Below, piece after piece: positions 43,907 through 54,500 of a DNA stretch of 61,232 nt. Source of the stretch: Candidatus Poseidoniales archaeon (GTDB lineage: Archaea > Thermoplasmatota > Poseidoniia > Poseidoniales > Poseidoniaceae); the NCBI GenBank assembly GCA_003602605.1, contig QQRW01000023.1, positions 5,297 to 66,528 of the forward strand, in the 5' to 3' direction. The notes under the pieces are model-generated. The model did no database searches. It saw nothing but the letters and a program-made list of their open reading frames with translations, and had not been told where the DNA came from. Within the stretch, counting starts at the first letter, position 1. Each line of letters begins with the position of its first letter. A program made the position numbers and the translations under genes.

Positions 43907-45715
43907 ATGAACTTCCGCCCGTGGCTGATTTTGTTCGTAATGTTGACAACGAGTTTGTCCGGCTGTTTCGGCGAACAACAGATTGACGTAGGCGGTACTG
44001 AACCATCGTACGATGTTTATCCTGAACCATGGGATCGCAGTCAAATGCAATACGATGACTCAGACATTTATTCTCGGGTGACGCAAAACGGCTCGTACCC
44101 AATCGACACTGTACAGTCGGTCTATGTTGCAGTTCCTAGCATCACCGCTGCTGACGGGGGATCTGGCTTGACCGGGGGTGCAGAGGTCCACCTCGGACTT
44201 TGGATGCCTGTGATTGATGGGTGCGACTGGGCTGCTGCCAATCTTTCATCGGAATGTCAAATCCCAGTCATTGCTGAAGTCGGACCGTACTACAACGATG
44301 GAGATGTCGACGCTCTCACTCCTGCTGACCGACTTGGTAAATTCCTCATTGAGAACTATGTTCCTCACGGATACGGAGTTGCACAAGTCTCCGTGTTCGG
44401 AACCGGAGAATCAAACCACTGCATGGACCTTATGGGAACCGACGAACAGCGTGGTATCGATGCAGCGGTTACATGGCTCGGAACTCAACCATGGTCCAAC
44501 GGTAAAGTCGGAATGATTGGAAAATCATACGATGGCTCCACGCCTTGGCAAGCCGCAACGTTTGGCAATCCTCATTTGGCTACCATTGTTCCAATGTCGG
44601 GACTCATTGGTGTTCACGAACTCATGTGGCGCAACGGTAGTATGGAAGCCCGTGGTATGATTATGCACAACGGTGTCTACGGCTCTTTTGGTGTCGATGG
44701 TGATGCCGAAGATCCAGAGAATCTCTGTGAAGGATATCTGGAAGGCTATGTCAACGGACCTGCAGCGTATCTTTCTGGCGGAATGGTGGACTATGCTGGA
44801 AACACCTACTGGACTGAACGTTCCTTCCTCGATCGAGTTATTGAGAACTACCAGGGTTCAATCTACATCATTCAAGGTATGCAGGATTGGAATGTTGACC
44901 CGCACATGGCTTTCCCAACGCACCAATTGGTCGAAGCGGCAGGTATCGAAACCAAGACACTTGCAGGCCAGTGGGCCCACGATTATCCTGACCGCAAGTC
45001 GGGGCATGAAGCACTTCCATCAGGCGAAGGAGCGGAAGCTTACCCCTACACCCTACGCTGGGATTGGGCCGATGAGATGCTCTACTGGTTTGACTGGTAC
45101 CTCAAGGGCGAGGGTCGTGCGCCAACCTTGGGAGTTGAAATGCAAGACAACCGAGGTGGCTGGAGATTTGAGGCGACCTATCCTGCTGAAGATACCTTCT
45201 ACATGGAAATCGGAGCTGCAGACATGAACCCAAGCGGTGCTTCGATGGTTACGACCACAGAAACCATCACACTTTCCTACGGTCCGTTCGAAGATGATGT
45301 TTACATCGCTGGTATGCCCACCTTCCACATTCCAATTACGACGCATTCAACCAACGGGGCTCACGCCTATTTGGAAATGAGCGACGATTCTGGAATGCGC
45401 CTTGGTCATGCCGTTATGGATTTCCGATTCGCTGACGGTGGCCGTGATGGAGACGTCGCTCTCGGTGCATTTGTTTCAGTGACAGGCCTCATGGAATTCA
45501 TGCCAATGGATATCTTCCTCTCTGCGGGGGAATCCATCCAAATTACAATGTCACAAACCGGCCAGGATTACGTTCCTTCTCCAGGTGCCATTGGTGGATA
45601 TTCAGTCAATTGGGCGGGCGCTACGCTAACTCTTCCGTTGGTGAACAGGACTTGTGCCGATCTCTTCCAGGCTCCAATGCATGATTATTCGGTCGATGCA
45701 GCACGCTTGTGCTAA
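43907..45715 (+). CDS. CocE/NonD (peptidase S15-like) alpha/beta hydrolase, lipoprotein-like
   Basis: Lipobox-like LSGCFG; GKSYDG nucleophile elbow; QGMQDWNVD; GQWAHDYP. Start moved to ATG 43907. Confidence 0.88.
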   Translation: MNFRPWLILFVMLTTSLSGCFGEQQIDVGGTEPSYDVYPEPWDRSQMQYDDSDIYSRVTQNGSYPIDTVQSVYVAVPSITAADGGSGLTGGAEVHLGLWMPVIDGCDWAAANLSSECQIPVIAEVGPYYNDGDVDALTPADRLGKFLIENYVPHGYGVAQVSVFGTGESNHCMDLMGTDEQRGIDAAVTWLGTQPWSNGKVGMIGKSYDGSTPWQAATFGNPHLATIVPMSGLIGVHELMWRNGSMEARGMIMHNGVYGSFGVDGDAEDPENLCEGYLEGYVNGPAAYLSGGMVDYAGNTYWTERSFLDRVIENYQGSIYIIQGMQDWNVDPHMAFPTHQLVEAAGIETKTLAGQWAHDYPDRKSGHEALPSGEGAEAYPYTLRWDWADEMLYWFDWYLKGEGRAPTLGVEMQDNRGGWRFEATYPAEDTFYMEIGAADMNPSGASMVTTTETITLSYGPFEDDVYIAGMPTFHIPITTHSTNGAHAYLEMSDDSGMRLGHAVMDFRFADGGRDGDVALGAFVSVTGLMEFMPMDIFLSAGESIQITMSQTGQDYVPSPGAIGGYSVNWAGATLTLPLVNRTCADLFQAPMHDYSVDAARLC

Positions 45716-47716
45716 TCAGTCGAACATCGTTAGAATCTCGCGGAACAGCGTTTGAGCATGTCCTTCACTGCGCTCAACCAACCGCTTGACAATGAGTTCT
45801 GGCGTGGAACGAGCAAGGTGGTTTCGCTTCGGTGTTCGGTCAACCATGAGTTCTAAATTGGCATCTAAGCCTGTAGCTTCAATTCCGTCGACTCTCAAGT
45901 CGTTACGTCCCGTTGCCTTGAGAATAGCTGGTGCGAGGTGGGTTACCAACAACATTGTCGTGTCGTCTTGGGCTTCTGCAGCAAGTAACATTCCTGCGAT
46001 GATACGAGCGCCAGCACCCGGTTCAGTGATCGCTTCCAGTTCATCAGCAAGAATCAGTTTCGGTGTTGGGTCACTGACCACATTGGCCAGTTCTACGAGG
46101 GTTTGTTCCAGTGCGCCAGCACTTTGAGTTCCACCGGCCTTGGCAAGAATATGCATGGCATCGACCTGCCCAACACGCGCAGATTTCGCAGGAACTGGAA
46201 GTCCCATGTGTGCAAGAATGCAAGTGTGTCCGAGCAGTTCAAGCAACGTTGTTTTCCCACCGGAATTTGCACCAGTTAGAAGTGCGAGAGACTGTTGGTC
46301 TCCGTTTTCACCGGCGCCTCCTAATCCGTAGGTGACAGGGTCAGGCTCACACCCGAGTAACAAATGCCGTCCTTCTTCTATGTAGATTCCATGTTCGACA
46401 AAATCTGGAAGAACACATTCCCTTGCCTTGGCCCAAAGGGCGATACAAACCCACTGATCGAATCCGATAAGAGCACGAACCGCATCTTCACATCGAGAAC
46501 GGAGTGGACCAAGTTTTTTTGCGAGCAGGAGCATGTGTTCAGTTTCTCCAGTCTTGAGTTTTTGCTCAAGTGCTTGGTCAATTTCATCAATGACTTTCCT
46601 GTTTATTTTTGCCGGCCATTGTGAGGCAAAGATATCGTACGGGCATCGGACTCCTGTGCCTTCTAATGTTTCAACCATCGATTGTTTCGCCTTCTGCATT
46701 GCCTCTGTGATGACATCACTGGTTGCTTCCTGTAATTTTCTCTGGAAGGCAGCTCCATCCGAGAGTGCTTCGAGCAGTTCTGCCCCACTCAAGTTCATTT
46801 TGGCATCATCCATCGCTTTGGCTACTTCATCGTTCACTTGTTCTTCCAGTCCTTTAGCGACTTTCCAAAGCGTGTCTTTCACTTCTGCAATAATTTCAAG
46901 ATCTCCTTGGTCATCTATACTTTCTAGAATCTCAGGCAAGTGTTCAAGGCCAGTCACAATTGAGAATAATTCATCAATAAAGGGGTGAGATTCTGTCGAT
47001 GTGCGGGCCATTTTCACCACATCTGCAACGACCGTAAGAGTGCGAAGGTTTTGGCGGAACCAGTCAATCGTTCGTTCGGGAAGAATCAATTCGCTTGATG
47101 CTGTTTTTGGGAGGATAACCCATCCATCTGGTGCTTCGTCTGGAGCGCCCGAACCAATCCATGTTACCGATTTGAAGACGGTGTAATCCTTCCATGTTTC
47201 CCCTTCCCCAGGTTGCAAGACTCTGCACCATTTCTTGAACATGTCCAACGGCTCTTTGCTGACGATCACTCGCTCATACCTCTCGTTTGCAAACCGGGTT
47301 TGACGCAAATTGTGGAATAGACCCGATAGTGTAGTCATGCGCTCGCTGTTTTGCAGCTGATACTGCATAGAATGGCTAACTTTGAGACGCCGTTCTGCAG
47401 GGTTCTCAACTGGCATCAAAAGTTGCATTCGTTCACGCGTAGCGGCACACGAAGCAAAGGCGACTATGTCTTGTAGCAGCGCACGGTGAAGTTTCTCCGC
47501 TTCTTTCGTGGCAAGAAAAGAACCTGATTGACCCGCAATCATTCTTGCAAGACTCAATGCCCTTTTTGGCGATACGCCATCGATTTCCGCAATACGGGCA
47601 ATGTCGCCTGATTTTAGTGATGCAATTGCTTCTTCTTCACCACCGAAGTGATCGGTGATTTTTTGCGCCAGTCGTTCGCCGACACCGGGCAGTTTACTGA
47701 GAACCATACGCGTCAT
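45716..47716 (-). CDS. MutS-family ATPase with N-terminal HhH motifs (archaeal MutS5-like)
   Basis: HhH LPGVGERLA and IDGVSPKRA; Walker A LTGANSGGKTT; Walker B LADELEAITEPG; VTHL; ARSTPELI; no mismatch-recognition domain I and no Smr domain visible. Confidence 0.85.
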   Translation of the reverse strand: MTRMVLSKLPGVGERLAQKITDHFGGEEEAIASLKSGDIARIAEIDGVSPKRALSLARMIAGQSGSFLATKEAEKLHRALLQDIVAFASCAATRERMQLLMPVENPAERRLKVSHSMQYQLQNSERMTTLSGLFHNLRQTRFANERYERVIVSKEPLDMFKKWCRVLQPGEGETWKDYTVFKSVTWIGSGAPDEAPDGWVILPKTASSELILPERTIDWFRQNLRTLTVVADVVKMARTSTESHPFIDELFSIVTGLEHLPEILESIDDQGDLEIIAEVKDTLWKVAKGLEEQVNDEVAKAMDDAKMNLSGAELLEALSDGAAFQRKLQEATSDVITEAMQKAKQSMVETLEGTGVRCPYDIFASQWPAKINRKVIDEIDQALEQKLKTGETEHMLLLAKKLGPLRSRCEDAVRALIGFDQWVCIALWAKARECVLPDFVEHGIYIEEGRHLLLGCEPDPVTYGLGGAGENGDQQSLALLTGANSGGKTTLLELLGHTCILAHMGLPVPAKSARVGQVDAMHILAKAGGTQSAGALEQTLVELANVVSDPTPKLILADELEAITEPGAGARIIAGMLLAAEAQDDTTMLLVTHLAPAILKATGRNDLRVDGIEATGLDANLELMVDRTPKRNHLARSTPELIVKRLVERSEGHAQTLFREILTMFD

Positions 47717-47885
47717 GGTTTGTCAAGGGCTTTTGAGGATATTGCTCAAACGGCATTGAGATTGTCGAAATTAGGGCACCTGCCACCGGTGGTCAATCGC
47801 TCGTTAACCTCAAAAGTTGCAGGGCACAGGGGCTGACTGGTGCAAGGTATTGAATCAAGCCGGTTCAGAGGATCAAGGTCGCTCA

Positions 47886-49721
47886 ATGTTTGAGTTCAAC
47901 ATTGTGTTGAGTTCAACAGTAGCCGTTTCCTTGGTTTTCCTTTTTGTTTCCGCAGTATACAGCGGTGCGGTTATTGAAATCGTCGAAGATGACGACCCAC
48001 TTTCAGCGATCCGTGTTCCGGTTTGGGAGCGAAATACTTTGCCTTACCAGACCGCTGGTGAGTTTGGGGTTGCTCTTGAAGTTGGGCCATATGAATTGCT
48101 ACCAACTGAAAACGAATGGAGTTCAACACACCATTTTGTCGAGTATGCACTTCCAATTGAAGAAGGCGGAGCTGCTCCTGATGATGCGGTTATCAGCCTC
48201 GCTGTGTGGCGACCCAATGTTCCTGATGGCGTAAAGGTGCCAGTTATTGCAGAATTTGGCCCTTATTTCCAAGAAGCATCGGTCGAGACGCCAAGCATCG
48301 AAGTCCCAGGTACTTGGCTCGGTGAGATGATTATCGATCAGATTCTCCCGCACGGTTTTGCATTCGCTCAAGTTTCTGTTTCGGGCACCGGACGTTCGAA
48401 CCATTGCATGGATTTGATGGGTAATGCTGAGCAGCTTGGCAACGATGCTGCAGTACGATGGCTTGCCGAACAGAATTGGTCAAACGGTGCAGTTGGAATG
48501 ATTGGAAAATCCTACGATGGAAGTACCCCTTGGCAAGCAGCCATGTTCGGCGCTGAGCACGATTATCTCAAGACCATTGTACCGATTTCTGGATTGATTG
48601 GTGTTAAGGAATTAATGTGGCGCAACGGTTCTTCCGAAGCGAGAGCTCCAATCATGCACAACGGTGTTTACGGTTCATACGGGTTGGATGGCGATGAAGA
48701 GGATTACCAAAACATCTGTCCAGATTACATTCTCGGGCCGGGTACTGGTGTCAGTGCGTACATGTTCGGCTCGGAAGTGGCTGGCGATTACTGGGCTGAA
48801 CGATACTTCCTTGAACGGGTTTTGGACAATTACAAAGGCAGCGTATATTTGATTCAAGGTATGCATGACTGGAATGTCGACCCACATATGGCGGTGCCGA
48901 CGATGAATGCTCTCAAAGACGCTGGAATCGATGCCAAGGGGTTGTTTGGCCAGTGGGACCATGACTATCCAGACCGTCCAGTTCAGCTGGATGACAGGTC
49001 GGATTTAGGTGGCCGTGGCGGAGAAGCGTTCCCCGAAATGATTCGCTATGATTGGATGCAAGATCTCCTCGAATGGTTCGATTTCTATCTACGTGATGTC
49101 GGCGAACAACCGGGCCTTTACATCGAGATTCAGTCCAATCAGGGCTCATGGAGACTTGAAGAGAGGTATCCTCCAAGTGACACGGTAGAAATCACCTTCG
49201 ATTTAGGCGGCTCCTTGGAGAACGTAGGAGGGGGGACGACCGTATTCCCTGATGCCAATACTGGACCGGTTTGGCAATCGGCTCCCCTAACAGAGACAAT
49301 GTATGTTGCAGGCACACCTCGACTGCATGTTGATGTCACCACAGCATCCGTCGGCGGACAACTGTATGCTTTGCTCGAAGAATGTGATGATTCAGATAAT
49401 TGTATTCATATCGGTCATGCAATTATGGATTTGAGGTACTACGCCGGCGGCGATGATATTCAATCATGGACGCCCGTTGTTGAAACGATCAATGCAAAGA
49501 TGGAGTTCATGCCTCTCGATGCGGAGATTCTTGAAGGCCATACACTCCGATTGAGTTTACTCTCAACGGGTGAAGATTACCTGCCAGCAAGTACCTCATC
49601 TGTCGTGTTTATCCAAGAAGGTGATTCGTCCACGCTGCAAATGGATACGTTCGTACCTGCCGATAAAATCTATTTCACACCGCCAGAATGCCTTCACGAA
49701 CGCTGTGTTACCGTTGAATGA
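47886..49721 (+). CDS. CocE/NonD (peptidase S15-like) alpha/beta hydrolase, paralog 2
   Basis: N-terminal hydrophobic anchor; GKSYDGSTPWQAA, MHNGVYGS.G, QGMHDWNVD, GQWDHDYP, closely similar to 43907-45715. Start moved to ATG 47886. Confidence 0.88.
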   Translation: MFEFNIVLSSTVAVSLVFLFVSAVYSGAVIEIVEDDDPLSAIRVPVWERNTLPYQTAGEFGVALEVGPYELLPTENEWSSTHHFVEYALPIEEGGAAPDDAVISLAVWRPNVPDGVKVPVIAEFGPYFQEASVETPSIEVPGTWLGEMIIDQILPHGFAFAQVSVSGTGRSNHCMDLMGNAEQLGNDAAVRWLAEQNWSNGAVGMIGKSYDGSTPWQAAMFGAEHDYLKTIVPISGLIGVKELMWRNGSSEARAPIMHNGVYGSYGLDGDEEDYQNICPDYILGPGTGVSAYMFGSEVAGDYWAERYFLERVLDNYKGSVYLIQGMHDWNVDPHMAVPTMNALKDAGIDAKGLFGQWDHDYPDRPVQLDDRSDLGGRGGEAFPEMIRYDWMQDLLEWFDFYLRDVGEQPGLYIEIQSNQGSWRLEERYPPSDTVEITFDLGGSLENVGGGTTVFPDANTGPVWQSAPLTETMYVAGTPRLHVDVTTASVGGQLYALLEECDDSDNCIHIGHAIMDLRYYAGGDDIQSWTPVVETINAKMEFMPLDAEILEGHTLRLSLLSTGEDYLPASTSSVVFIQEGDSSTLQMDTFVPADKIYFTPPECLHERCVTVE

Positions 49722-49729
49722 CTTTCAAT

Positions 49730-50038
49730 TCACTTGATGAAACGCCTGGCAAGGTAGAATCCAGCGAAAGCAGATAATCCAAACGAACTGGTTTCCAAGA
49801 GCGCATTTAGCATTGAATCTACTTGTTGAATCAAATCGGTTTCTTCCAGTAATCCAAAAGTAAGTCGATGCCAATCGACAATGACAATTCCTCGTACTTC
49901 GAGCCATTTCAGCAGTAGAAATTGTGTGACAAAAAAGAACTTGATGGTGGTACTTGCGATTTTGAAAAGGAAGGCAGCTATGACCCCTAGGACGAGTCCC
50001 TGCAGGGCAGAATTACCGAGTTCGACCGCTTCAATCAT
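49730..50038 (-). CDS. FUN14-family small membrane protein
   Basis: ELGNSALQGLVLG..., LLKWLEVRGIVIVDWHRL, GLSAFAGFYLA match the FUN14 pattern (G...G/L..L...G.I.V.W). Confidence 0.7.
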   Translation of the reverse strand: MIEAVELGNSALQGLVLGVIAAFLFKIASTTIKFFFVTQFLLLKWLEVRGIVIVDWHRLTFGLLEETDLIQQVDSMLNALLETSSFGLSAFAGFYLARRFIK

Positions 50039-50087
50039 GCAGGTAAATTAGGCTCACAGTACATTTCCTTTCCGATGGATAATGTCT

Positions 50088-51494
50088 TCACGAAGAGTAC
50101 GGTAATTCTAGTTCGACCGCAAACAATGGGTCGGGGTCGGTTGAATCATGGTATGCGACAACGACTCCACCGTCGTTGAGGATACCGAGGGAGGCGAAGT
50201 CAAAACGGATGTCGTTTCCTGCTCCAGAGGTTGAGTCAAGGTCGCCTTGACCAATGTAAGTCAGGGTATCCGGTGACATATCTTCAGAGTATCCTCGAAC
50301 ATGGTAAATCATGTCGATATCTGGGCCCCCTGTGCTTTGGTATCGCACATTCAATACGAAGAGGTCTAATTCACCGTTGGCTTGGAATTCCCATTCTTCG
50401 ATAGATGACGATACCGAACCCATGTCATAGGTGTGGTTTTGCCATGTTAGTGCACCGTCGGTCGACATGTAGTGGGTGAATGAGGTTCCGGAATTGGCAA
50501 CGCAATGCAAGGCTCCTGCGGAGTCAAAGTGGCAGTATTCCGATGGAAATTGAACTTCTAATTCATTCCAAGATAATGTCGTGTCCATGTAAGCAGCGTT
50601 GCCGTTGTTGTAGTAACTCGGGAAAATGAGGCCGCCACTCGGCATTGGGAAGGCTCGCATTTCTTTGTGAGGTTTATTGACATCGTAATACGAAGACAAA
50701 CCTTCTGCAGTGAAATCAAGATCGAGTTCAATTGTCGGGTCGTTGGAGTCTCGGCCAGTGAATTGGAATGGGACGTAATTGAGTCCATCAACGCTTATCT
50801 GGCCTCCTGCATCAAGCGATTGATGCCAGAAATTAGAGACAACAATGCTTGCCCAATCACCGTTGCCGATTGTGGAAGTAATAGGGCCAACAACCTCAAC
50901 TTGCCATGAGCGATCATAGAACGGCTCAGTCAAGCGGTTATAGCACCATTTCCATTCGTCTTCTGACTCATCATAGAGGATAGCATAGAATTTGTCGATT
51001 TTCCCATCCGCTCCAATGTATGGGAACCACGACATCGAGATGATGTCACCGTTGGTAGCTTGGACAATACTGCCTTCTCCAAGTCCTTCTTGTCCAGGGT
51101 TAGTAGGTACGGCAGTAACGCACTGGCCAAGTGCAGGTAAGACTCCGGGGATGTATGTGTCCCAAGTATGGCCTCGGTCCTCACTGAAGACTGGATACTC
51201 TCCACCAATGTTGAGTATTTGTCCTTCAATGGTCGTGGCAAGGTAATGTTCACAACAGTTGCCGCCCTTTGAAGCATCGAAAACAGCCCAAGAAGTGTTG
51301 GTGGTTTCATTGGTTCTCAAATCGACGGTGACGAACATGCGTGCATCTTCATGGGCCACACTGTCGATGAGTTGGTAGGACTCCCAAATGGAACTCATTT
51401 GAGACTCGTTGTCGATAATCTCTTCACCGCCACCAAAACAACCAGCCAAGACCGTGGAGGCGACCAACAGAACAGAGAGCAACCCTCTTCGCAT
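50088..51494 (-). CDS. Secreted lipoprotein-like protein with Asp-box (BNR) motifs, probable beta-propeller
   Basis: Lipobox-like VLAGCFG; SEDRGHTW and STDGALTW Asp-boxes; vicinal GNCCEH. Start moved to ATG 51494. Confidence 0.65.
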   Translation of the reverse strand: MRRGLLSVLLVASTVLAGCFGGGEEIIDNESQMSSIWESYQLIDSVAHEDARMFVTVDLRTNETTNTSWAVFDASKGGNCCEHYLATTIEGQILNIGGEYPVFSEDRGHTWDTYIPGVLPALGQCVTAVPTNPGQEGLGEGSIVQATNGDIISMSWFPYIGADGKIDKFYAILYDESEDEWKWCYNRLTEPFYDRSWQVEVVGPITSTIGNGDWASIVVSNFWHQSLDAGGQISVDGLNYVPFQFTGRDSNDPTIELDLDFTAEGLSSYYDVNKPHKEMRAFPMPSGGLIFPSYYNNGNAAYMDTTLSWNELEVQFPSEYCHFDSAGALHCVANSGTSFTHYMSTDGALTWQNHTYDMGSVSSSIEEWEFQANGELDLFVLNVRYQSTGGPDIDMIYHVRGYSEDMSPDTLTYIGQGDLDSTSGAGNDIRFDFASLGILNDGGVVVAYHDSTDPDPLFAVELELPYSS

Positions 51495-51556
51495 GGAGAA
51501 CCGTAACGGCACATTGCTTTGAAGCCGTCGATGAGGTGTTAAGACACGATTAAGCA

Positions 51557-54500
51557 TCATTGAACGGTGAACCAAACGGCTGTTCCATCCACTTCAAAAT
51601 GTTCTGCATTTGATGGTGCATCGCTCGACTCCGAATGGAATACAGCTGCAGCAGCACGTGTTTCAGTGACAATCCATTGCTTGTCTTGTTCGAACATTTC
51701 CGGAGCACTTTTTGTCCATATTTCCAAATCAATTGTTGCCTCAATGGCTAGGTTGAGGTCTTTACGCATAGCTTGTATGCGACGAGTGATGTCTCTTGCA
51801 AGGCCCTTCGACAGCAAATCCGGAGTATCGTTCATGTCGAGAACCAAACTGATTTGTCGTGCTTCACCACCTTGACCTACGGTTACGGTTGAGGCGGCAA
51901 AACCTTCTTTCTCAATACGTCGAACTTCAACATCACTTTCTTCGATAGCAACGCCAAGAATCTCACAGTTTCCTGCTTGAATGGATGCTAGCATTGCTGT
52001 CGGGTCTTTGGCATTCTTGATTTCTCCGGCTACGGCGTTAACTTCACTGCGGGCTTTCGGAGCCAATGCTCGGAAGTTCGGTGCCAATTCAATTTGCTGG
52101 AATCGGTCAAGGTCACTTTCGACTTCGATGGATTCAACATTGAGTTCTTCGGCCAAGATGTCATGGAATTCGGCCATATCTGGGCCAGATACAATCCATC
52201 CCTGTGCGCACGGAAGACGTTGGCGCCGTCCGTTTTCAACACGAATGCGTCGGCCAACTTCGGCGAGTTCACGAACCAAAGCCATTGTTGACTCAAGCAA
52301 GGCATCTTGTGGTGGCAAGTTAGCGGTAGCAGCAGCGGCTTCTTCATCCCAGTTGTCTGCAGTAGCACCGTCAAGGGATCCGGGTATACCGAGTGGCCAT
52401 GCTGCCTGATGTACCGTTTTTCCAGTCAAGTTTCGGTGGATCACATCAACCATGAAAGGGCTCACAGGGGCGACCAGTCGGCAGACGGTGGTGAGTATCT
52501 CGTGAAGTGTGTGCTGGCAAGCTACCTTGTCACTGGTTTCCGCATCGTCCCATAATCTGCGACGGCTTCGTCGCACATACCAATTCGATACATCGTTCAC
52601 GATGAATTCTTCAAGGTCACGGCATGCCTTGTGGAAGTTCCACTGCTTGAAGTCAGCGTGGTAATTCTTAGCAGTGCTCGCCAATCGGGAGAGTATCCAT
52701 CGGTCGAGTGATGAGCGAGATGCTACATCTGATGTTGATTTTTCAGGATCGAATCCGTCAAGGGCAGCATAATCGGCATGGAACTTGTAGACGTTCCATA
52801 GCGTCAGGAACATCTTTGCATAGGTTTCACGAACACCGTTCGAATCAAATTTCAAAGGGTTCCATGGTGCTCCAGCAGTGACCATGTACCATCGTGTTGC
52901 ATCTGCACCTTCACGGTTGAAGTGGTCCCATGGGTCTACAATATTGCCGCGAGATTTCGACATTTTCTTACCCTCGGCATCAAGAATCAAACCGAGACTT
53001 AAGCAACGCTTGTATGCAGGTTGGTCAAACACGGTCGTGGAAACGGCAAGCAGCGTATAGAACCAGCCGCGAGTTTGGTCGACACCTTCGCAGATGTAAT
53101 CGACAGGGAATGAGGCATCGAATGTTTCCTTTCCTTCAAACGGATGATGCCATTGAGCGAAAGGTGCACAGCCAGAATCAAACCAGCAGTCCATCACAAA
53201 AGGTTCTCTGTGCATCGGTTTTCCGTCGTCAGAAACGAGAGTATATCCGTCGACGACTGGACGATGCAGGTCAACATCATCAGGGCATTCGGGGTTTTCG
53301 AAGCCCGCAGCAACAGCCTTTGCAACTTCACTTTGAAGTTCAGCAATTGAGCCGATGCATTTCATGTTGCCTTCATCGTCTCGCCAAACAGGCAGCGGTG
53401 TGCCCCAGTAGCGTTCACGGGAAATAGCCCAGTCTTTGACGTTGCGCAGCCACTCACCAAATCGACCTTCGCCGACCCAGTCGGGTGCCCATTCGACGCC
53501 ATCGTTGAATTGCAACAACCGTTCCTTAACAGCAGTCATTCGAACAAACCATGAATCCATGGCGTAGTAGAGCAACGGGTGGTCTGTTCTCCAGCAGTGC
53601 GGATAATCGTGGAGGTAGGATTTCTCTCTGTACAGCAGCCCACTTTCAGGGCCTTTGCCATTGCTTCCGCCCTTGGCAGAAAGCAATTCAATAACGGTTT
53701 GATCGCATTCTTTGACGTAACGTCCGTCGAGTTGCGGATGCGTTCCGGCGAGGAACGCACCGTCCATGCCGACGGTATGGTGGGCAGGAAGGCCTGCAGC
53801 CATTCCAAGGTTGTAGTCGTCTTCACCGTACATGACAGCGGTATGAACTACGCCAGTACCGTCGGTTGTGGTGACCCAATCAGCTTCGAGAACGGTCCAT
53901 GCAGTTGTAGATTCACCTCGGGGGACGGCGTCCGGGAACAGCGGTTCATAGGATCGACCGACTAAGGATGAACCAGGGAATTCCTCGATAATTTCTACAT
54001 TGTGTCGTAGAACATCTTTCATCAAATCTTTTGCCAGTATCACTTCTTCGCCATCGGATGCGCCTCCAGCACCGATCCAGTTTTCGGCTTGTTCAGTAAT
54101 GCGAACTCGAACATAGGTGACTTCGGGTCCTACTGCTAGACCGACGTTACCCGGTAGTGTCCATGGCGTTGTTGTCCAAGCAAGAATACTAGCATCATCA
54201 TCGCTGAGTTTGAATTTCACATAAACGGAAGGCTCCTCGACTTCCTTGTATCCCAGAGCGACTTCGTGGCTTGAATAGGAAGTACCGGTCTGGGGGCAAT
54301 ACGGTAGAACTTTGTGTCCTCTGTACAACAGTCCTTTGTCAAACATTTGTTTCATTGCCCACCAACACGATTCAACGTAGTTATTGTCAAGTGTGACGTA
54401 AGGATTGTCGAGGTCAACCCAGTAAGCCATTCGCTCAGTCATTTCTCTCCATGCTGATTCATAGGTCCAAACGGAGTCACGGCAGGCTTGGTTGAAGTTG

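Noticed and set aside
47717-47885. Longest intergenic gap as a possible ncRNA or tRNA
   Set aside because: No cloverleaf, T-loop or convincing hairpin was seen; the size fits a divergent promoter region.
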